Assembly: GCA_965369655.1 (NCBI GenBank)
Contig: CBDUQR010000006.1
Coordinates: 1 to 64,000 of the forward strand
DNA: 64,000 nt
Reading direction: 5' to 3'
Origin: an uncultured bacterium
GTDB lineage: Bacteria; Zixibacteria; MSB-5A5; JAABVY01; JAHJOQ01
Shown here: piece after piece, positions 60,722-64,000 of the stretch
Numbering within the stretch: the first letter of the stretch is position 1
Layout: every line of letters begins with the position of its first letter
The notes under the pieces: model-generated
What the model saw: the letters and a program-made list of their open reading frames with translations, nothing else
Told to the model about the DNA's origin: nothing
Database searches by the model: none
Position numbers and translations under genes: made by a program

Positions 60722-62203
60722 TCAGATTATCCTGAAGTAGTCAATAAGACTGCAACGGCGCGGACGAGTGAATGTGGAAGCCCTGGTGACCCCCTCCCCC
60801 GTCGTCCCGGCGATTGTCATCGAGGTATATCCCTCTCCGCCGAAACCGAGTCCCGCGTAGTTCGGACCGTTCTTGACGAGAATATTCCCGCCGCAAATCT
60901 GAGCCATCTTCGAGAGATTGGGAAGACTGGTAGAGTGCATGACGAATGTATGATGAAACTGATGTTCTACTATCACCGCTTTCTCCATGGCTTCATCGAC
61001 CGTCCTGCACTGTACGATCGGCAGCACGGGCATCATCTGCTCGGCCATTACCAGTGGATGATCCCATTCCGCCTCGAAGAAGAGCACTTTCACACCCGCG
61101 GGCGGCTTGATATCGAGATGCTCCAGGATTACTGACGCATCCTTGCCGATGAACTCCCGGTTGACGGCTACATGACGCAGCCCGTTGCCTTTCCTGTCCT
61201 CGGCGACGAGCAATTTCACCGCCCTGTCGATCTCGGTTCCGCGAAGTTCATATCCTCCGCAATTCGCCATTTCCCGCCTCAGTCCGCTCGCCACTGAATC
61301 GACCACAAAAACTTCCTTCTCGTCGGTGCACATGATGTTGTTATCGAATGAGGAACCGTCAACGATGTGGCGGGCTGTATTCGGTATGATAGCGGTCTCA
61401 TCGACGACCACAGGCGGATTTCCCGGACCTGCACAGATCGCCCGCTTGCCCGATGTCAGGCCAAGATTCACGACCGCGCCGCCACCGGTTATCACGAGTA
61501 TATCGATGTCGGGATGGTGCATAAGGTCTCGCGCGGTCTCCTGTGTCGGATTATCGAGAACTTTGATCACACCTTCCGGCCCACCCGCCCCCGCAATAGC
61601 GCTCGAAAGCAAGTCCGCAGTCCTCAGGCAAACATTCTTAGCAGCGGGATGAACGCAGAATACGGACGCATTGCCGGATGAGATCATCGAAATCGAATTA
61701 TTGACCACAGTACCTACAGGATTCGTGGAGGGTGTGATAACGCCGATCACGCCGAATGGTGCGGGTTCGACAAGCGTCAGACCGCAGTCGCCCGAATACG
61801 AATACGGGACAAGGTCCTCGACTCCCGGAGTCTTACGCGCCTGTAATTCGATCTTCAATTTCTTGTCATGTGCTTTCCCCATGCCGGTCTCGGCTGCAGC
61901 GTCATTCGCAAGCGATTCAGCATGCTGCAGGATGATCGACCTCATCGCAGCGACAAGTTCTTTTCGCTTCTCGACACCGAGATCGACGAGTCTACGCTGC
62001 GCGATTCTCGCCTCCGCAGTCGCCTGATCAATTGTAGGAGAAGCTGCTTCATAACCTGAGGACGAGAATTCTATCGGTCGAGTGAAACCGGTTGGTCCTT
62101 CAGTCTCTGGACTCGCCGATTGAGTAGAGACCGGAGCAGAACTAACCCCCAGTTCCCTGAGTACTTCCTGTACTATTCGTTCTACTTGATACTGGTCAGC
62201 CAT
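60722..62203 (-). CDS. CoA-acylating aldehyde dehydrogenase (EutE/PduP family) with N-terminal BMC encapsulation peptide
   Basis: Motifs PFGVIGVITPSTNP, GPGNPPVVVDETA, SFDNNIMCTDEKE (catalytic Cys) and EQMMPVLP; N-terminal 'QVERIVQEVLREL' plus linker. Confidence 0.93.
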   Translation of the reverse strand: MADQYQVERIVQEVLRELGVSSAPVSTQSASPETEGPTGFTRPIEFSSSGYEAASPTIDQATAEARIAQRRLVDLGVEKRKELVAAMRSIILQHAESLANDAAAETGMGKAHDKKLKIELQARKTPGVEDLVPYSYSGDCGLTLVEPAPFGVIGVITPSTNPVGTVVNNSISMISSGNASVFCVHPAAKNVCLRTADLLSSAIAGAGGPEGVIKVLDNPTQETARDLMHHPDIDILVITGGGAVVNLGLTSGKRAICAGPGNPPVVVDETAIIPNTARHIVDGSSFDNNIMCTDEKEVFVVDSVASGLRREMANCGGYELRGTEIDRAVKLLVAEDRKGNGLRHVAVNREFIGKDASVILEHLDIKPPAGVKVLFFEAEWDHPLVMAEQMMPVLPIVQCRTVDEAMEKAVIVEHQFHHTFVMHSTSLPNLSKMAQICGGNILVKNGPNYAGLGFGGEGYTSMTIAGTTGEGVTRASTFTRPRRCSLIDYFRII

Positions 62204-62304
62204 ATCTCAATTATTCCATCAAATTTCAAGGCAAAATGTATGGAATACGGCGTGTGCCTGCAAGCAAAATATGCTGCCTCGGCAAATACGGTCAGCGCAG
62301 ATTT

Positions 62305-62500
62305 AGCGCGCTCGCGCTCCCGTGCCCGCAGGAGCTGTGCTCCTGCGCATTTCGTCGGGGCACAGCCCCGACGAGCACGGACGGTTTCCTACTGGCATTA
62401 CAAGAGAGGCCGATGTCATTGCGAGCGAAGCGAAGGGATCCAGCTCTTGTAGCTCACGTCCACTTGCTCTGTCCTGAGTCTGACGAAGTGGGGACGTGAG
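62305..62500. repeat. Cluster of mixed REP-like palindromes
   Basis: Nested hairpins GCAGGAGCTGTGCTCCTGC and TCGTCGGGGCACAGCCCCGACGA ending in CCTACT; GTCATTGCGAGCGAAGCGAAGGGATC; GTAG-CTCACGTCC...GGGACGTGAG. Confidence 0.75.
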
Positions 62501-62574
62501 GATTACCTACAATCTTCAATCTGTCGAGCGTTTTATCGGCAAGTTAATGTACGATTGGATCGGGATCGGACGGA

Positions 62575-62883
62575 TCAGTCATCAAACAGTTGATCCCAAG
62601 TTTTTTTCCTGTCCTCGGGAGTTTTCGGAATATTGGGTTTCTTCAGCAGATGAAGGAATCTCGGCCGATGATATTCACAGAAATTCGCCTTCTCTTTATA
62701 ACGGACCCATTCTGCGACGGTCGATTCGTTACACCTGTGAAACGCATCCTTGTTGTAGTGGAGGCAATTGAAGCAACACTTGAGCGGAGCTTCACAATTG
62801 GGACACTCGTCCTGCCGGGTGAGTTTCTCCGCGACTTCGATCTCTTCCTTGCAACTCCAGCATATAATAATATTATCAGGCAT
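62575..62883 (-). CDS. Small Cys-rich (probably Zn-binding) hypothetical protein
   Basis: Nine Cys in CWSC, CPNC, CCFNC, C and ANFCEY. Confidence 0.75.
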   Translation of the reverse strand: MPDNIIICWSCKEEIEVAEKLTRQDECPNCEAPLKCCFNCLHYNKDAFHRCNESTVAEWVRYKEKANFCEYHRPRFLHLLKKPNIPKTPEDRKKTWDQLFDD

Positions 62884-63059
62884 AGTCGTCACTCTGGCGA
62901 ATTACAATACAGTCCGGACCTTTCGATCAGCATTCACACCTGATGCTGACCCAGGCAAATCGCAGCGAATCGGATATTACAATCTGAATGATAGCTGCCC
63001 AATATTGGCCAGCCTGCACAATATCAGCTACGGTCACTCGATATGAGCTCCCGTTCTAA

Positions 63060-63353
63060 CTAATCCTCAGTCAATTCCCCTGGCAGTTTTGTCGGGAATA
63101 TGTCGTGCACGTTACTATGTGGACGCGGAATCACATGCACACTGATCAACTCACCGATTTTTTGAGCGGCAGCAGCGCCAGCATCGGTAGCAGCCTTGCA
63201 AGCTGCGACATCACCTCGGATAAGTGCGGTGCAATACCCACCGCCGATCTTCTCATAGCCGACAAGAATCACTTTGGCCGCTTTAACCATCGCATCGGAA
63301 GCTTCAATCAAGGGCACCAAGCCTTTAGTTTCAATCATACCTAAAGCTTCCAT
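63060..63353 (-). CDS. Bacterial microcompartment hexameric shell protein (BMC-H, EutM/PduA-like)
   Basis: Motif '[26 protein letters not shown]...KIGGG.....[14 protein letters not shown]...VHVIPRPH'; AAGGAGG RBS 7 nt before ATG 63353. Confidence 0.97.
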   Translation of the reverse strand: MEALGMIETKGLVPLIEASDAMVKAAKVILVGYEKIGGGYCTALIRGDVAACKAATDAGAAAAQKIGELISVHVIPRPHSNVHDIFPTKLPGELTED

Positions 63354-63391
63354 CCACATTCCTCCTTAGAGACCTATAATGTTTTCGTACC

Positions 63392-63420
63392 ATTGTAGCT
63401 GGAGCCGCGATTTATGTCAA
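63392..63420 (-). promoter_or_regulatory. Near-consensus sigma-70 promoter of the BMC-H gene
   Basis: TTGACA-17 nt-TACAAT. Confidence 0.75.
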
Positions 63421-63428
63421 ATAAAATC

Positions 63429-64000
63429 TTAGATAAATTTGTCGCGCGCAATGATTTTCGAGAGATACAGAAACGGAGTATCGCACAGAGCTACTATCAG
63501 TTTCAGCAGATATGTCGTCACAACGATCTGCACGAGAATGTCGGTCTCGAACACGCCTGCGAATGCAATCAATGAAAAAACGACAGAATCTATCAACTGG
63601 CTGACCAGCGTCGAAGCATTATTGCGAAGCCAGAGGAATCGACCTCTGGTCTTGTTCTTCCAGAACTTGAACGCCCAGATATCATGATGCTGACTCAGCA
63701 GGTAGGCGATCAGACTCGCGACTACCACGCGCGGCATCAGATGAAACAGCTCTGTGACATGCGTCAACATGAAGTCTGACTCATGGGGCATGAAATGGAC
63801 CGCGAACTGCATGGCGATTGTCGCCCACACAAGCGAGAAGAAACCAAGCCATACGCCTTTTCTGGCGGCATACGCGCCGAAATGCTCCGAGAGAATATCG
63901 GTCGCGAGGAATATCGTCGCGTAGACGACGTTACCGAGAGTCGCCACCATCCCGAACAGCTCGACCGTGACGACCACCTGGATGTTGCAGATTATCCCCG
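63429..64000 (-). CDS. yhhQ: Queuosine precursor transporter (YhhQ/DUF165), 5'-truncated by the window edge
   Basis: Motif 'NIQV..V.LFG...TLGN..YA..FLATDILSE..G...A...V..GF...PR...ASL.AYL.SQ..D...LWLRNN.ST.VSQLIDS'. The frame is open to the window edge. Confidence 0.9.
   Translation of the reverse strand, partial: GIICNIQVVVTVELFGMVATLGNVVYATIFLATDILSEHFGAYAARKGVWLGFFSLVWATIAMQFAVHFMPHESDFMLTHVTELFHLMPRVVVASLIAYLLSQHHDIWAFKFWKNKTRGRFLWLRNNASTLVSQLIDSVVFSLIAFAGVFETDILVQIVVTTYLLKLIVALCDTPFLYLSKIIARDKFI

Overview
Bacterial chromosomal window, mostly minus-strand. It is probably from an FCB-group lineage such as candidate phylum Zixibacteria; this is an inference from the style of the C-terminal dockerin-like tags, a T9SS/FlgD-like sorting domain and the 23S sequence. 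From left to right it holds: (1) the 5' ~2.4 kb of a 23S rRNA gene that has its own promoter and boxA, with no 16S or spacer tRNA upstream; (2) three large secreted proteins and gdhA; (3) the run tRNA-Val-thrS-infC-rpmI-rplT-pheST-zapBA-rny-ymdB-folD; (4) a late flagellar operon (fliC-flaG-fliD-fliS-FliT/FlgN-like-FlgM-like-HDOD) with a sigma-28 promoter and a long CsrA-site-rich leader; (5) DUF1015-serA-serC; (6) a ~10 kb glycosyltransferase island directly downstream of flgFGAHIJ-flgN-flgK-csrA-flgL-fliW; (7) sugar-nucleotide genes, a small microcompartment satellite (BMC-H shell protein and an aldehyde dehydrogenase with an encapsulation peptide), and a partial queuosine-precursor transporter. 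The most unusual signal is a GTAG-type REP-like palindromic element, present once intergenically and twice inserted in frame inside protein-coding genes. Other notable signals are the unlinked 23S gene, the minimal BMC locus, a FlgM-like protein with a duplicated motif, and a leader uORF in front of flagellin. All assignments come from reading the sequence; no database searches were run.
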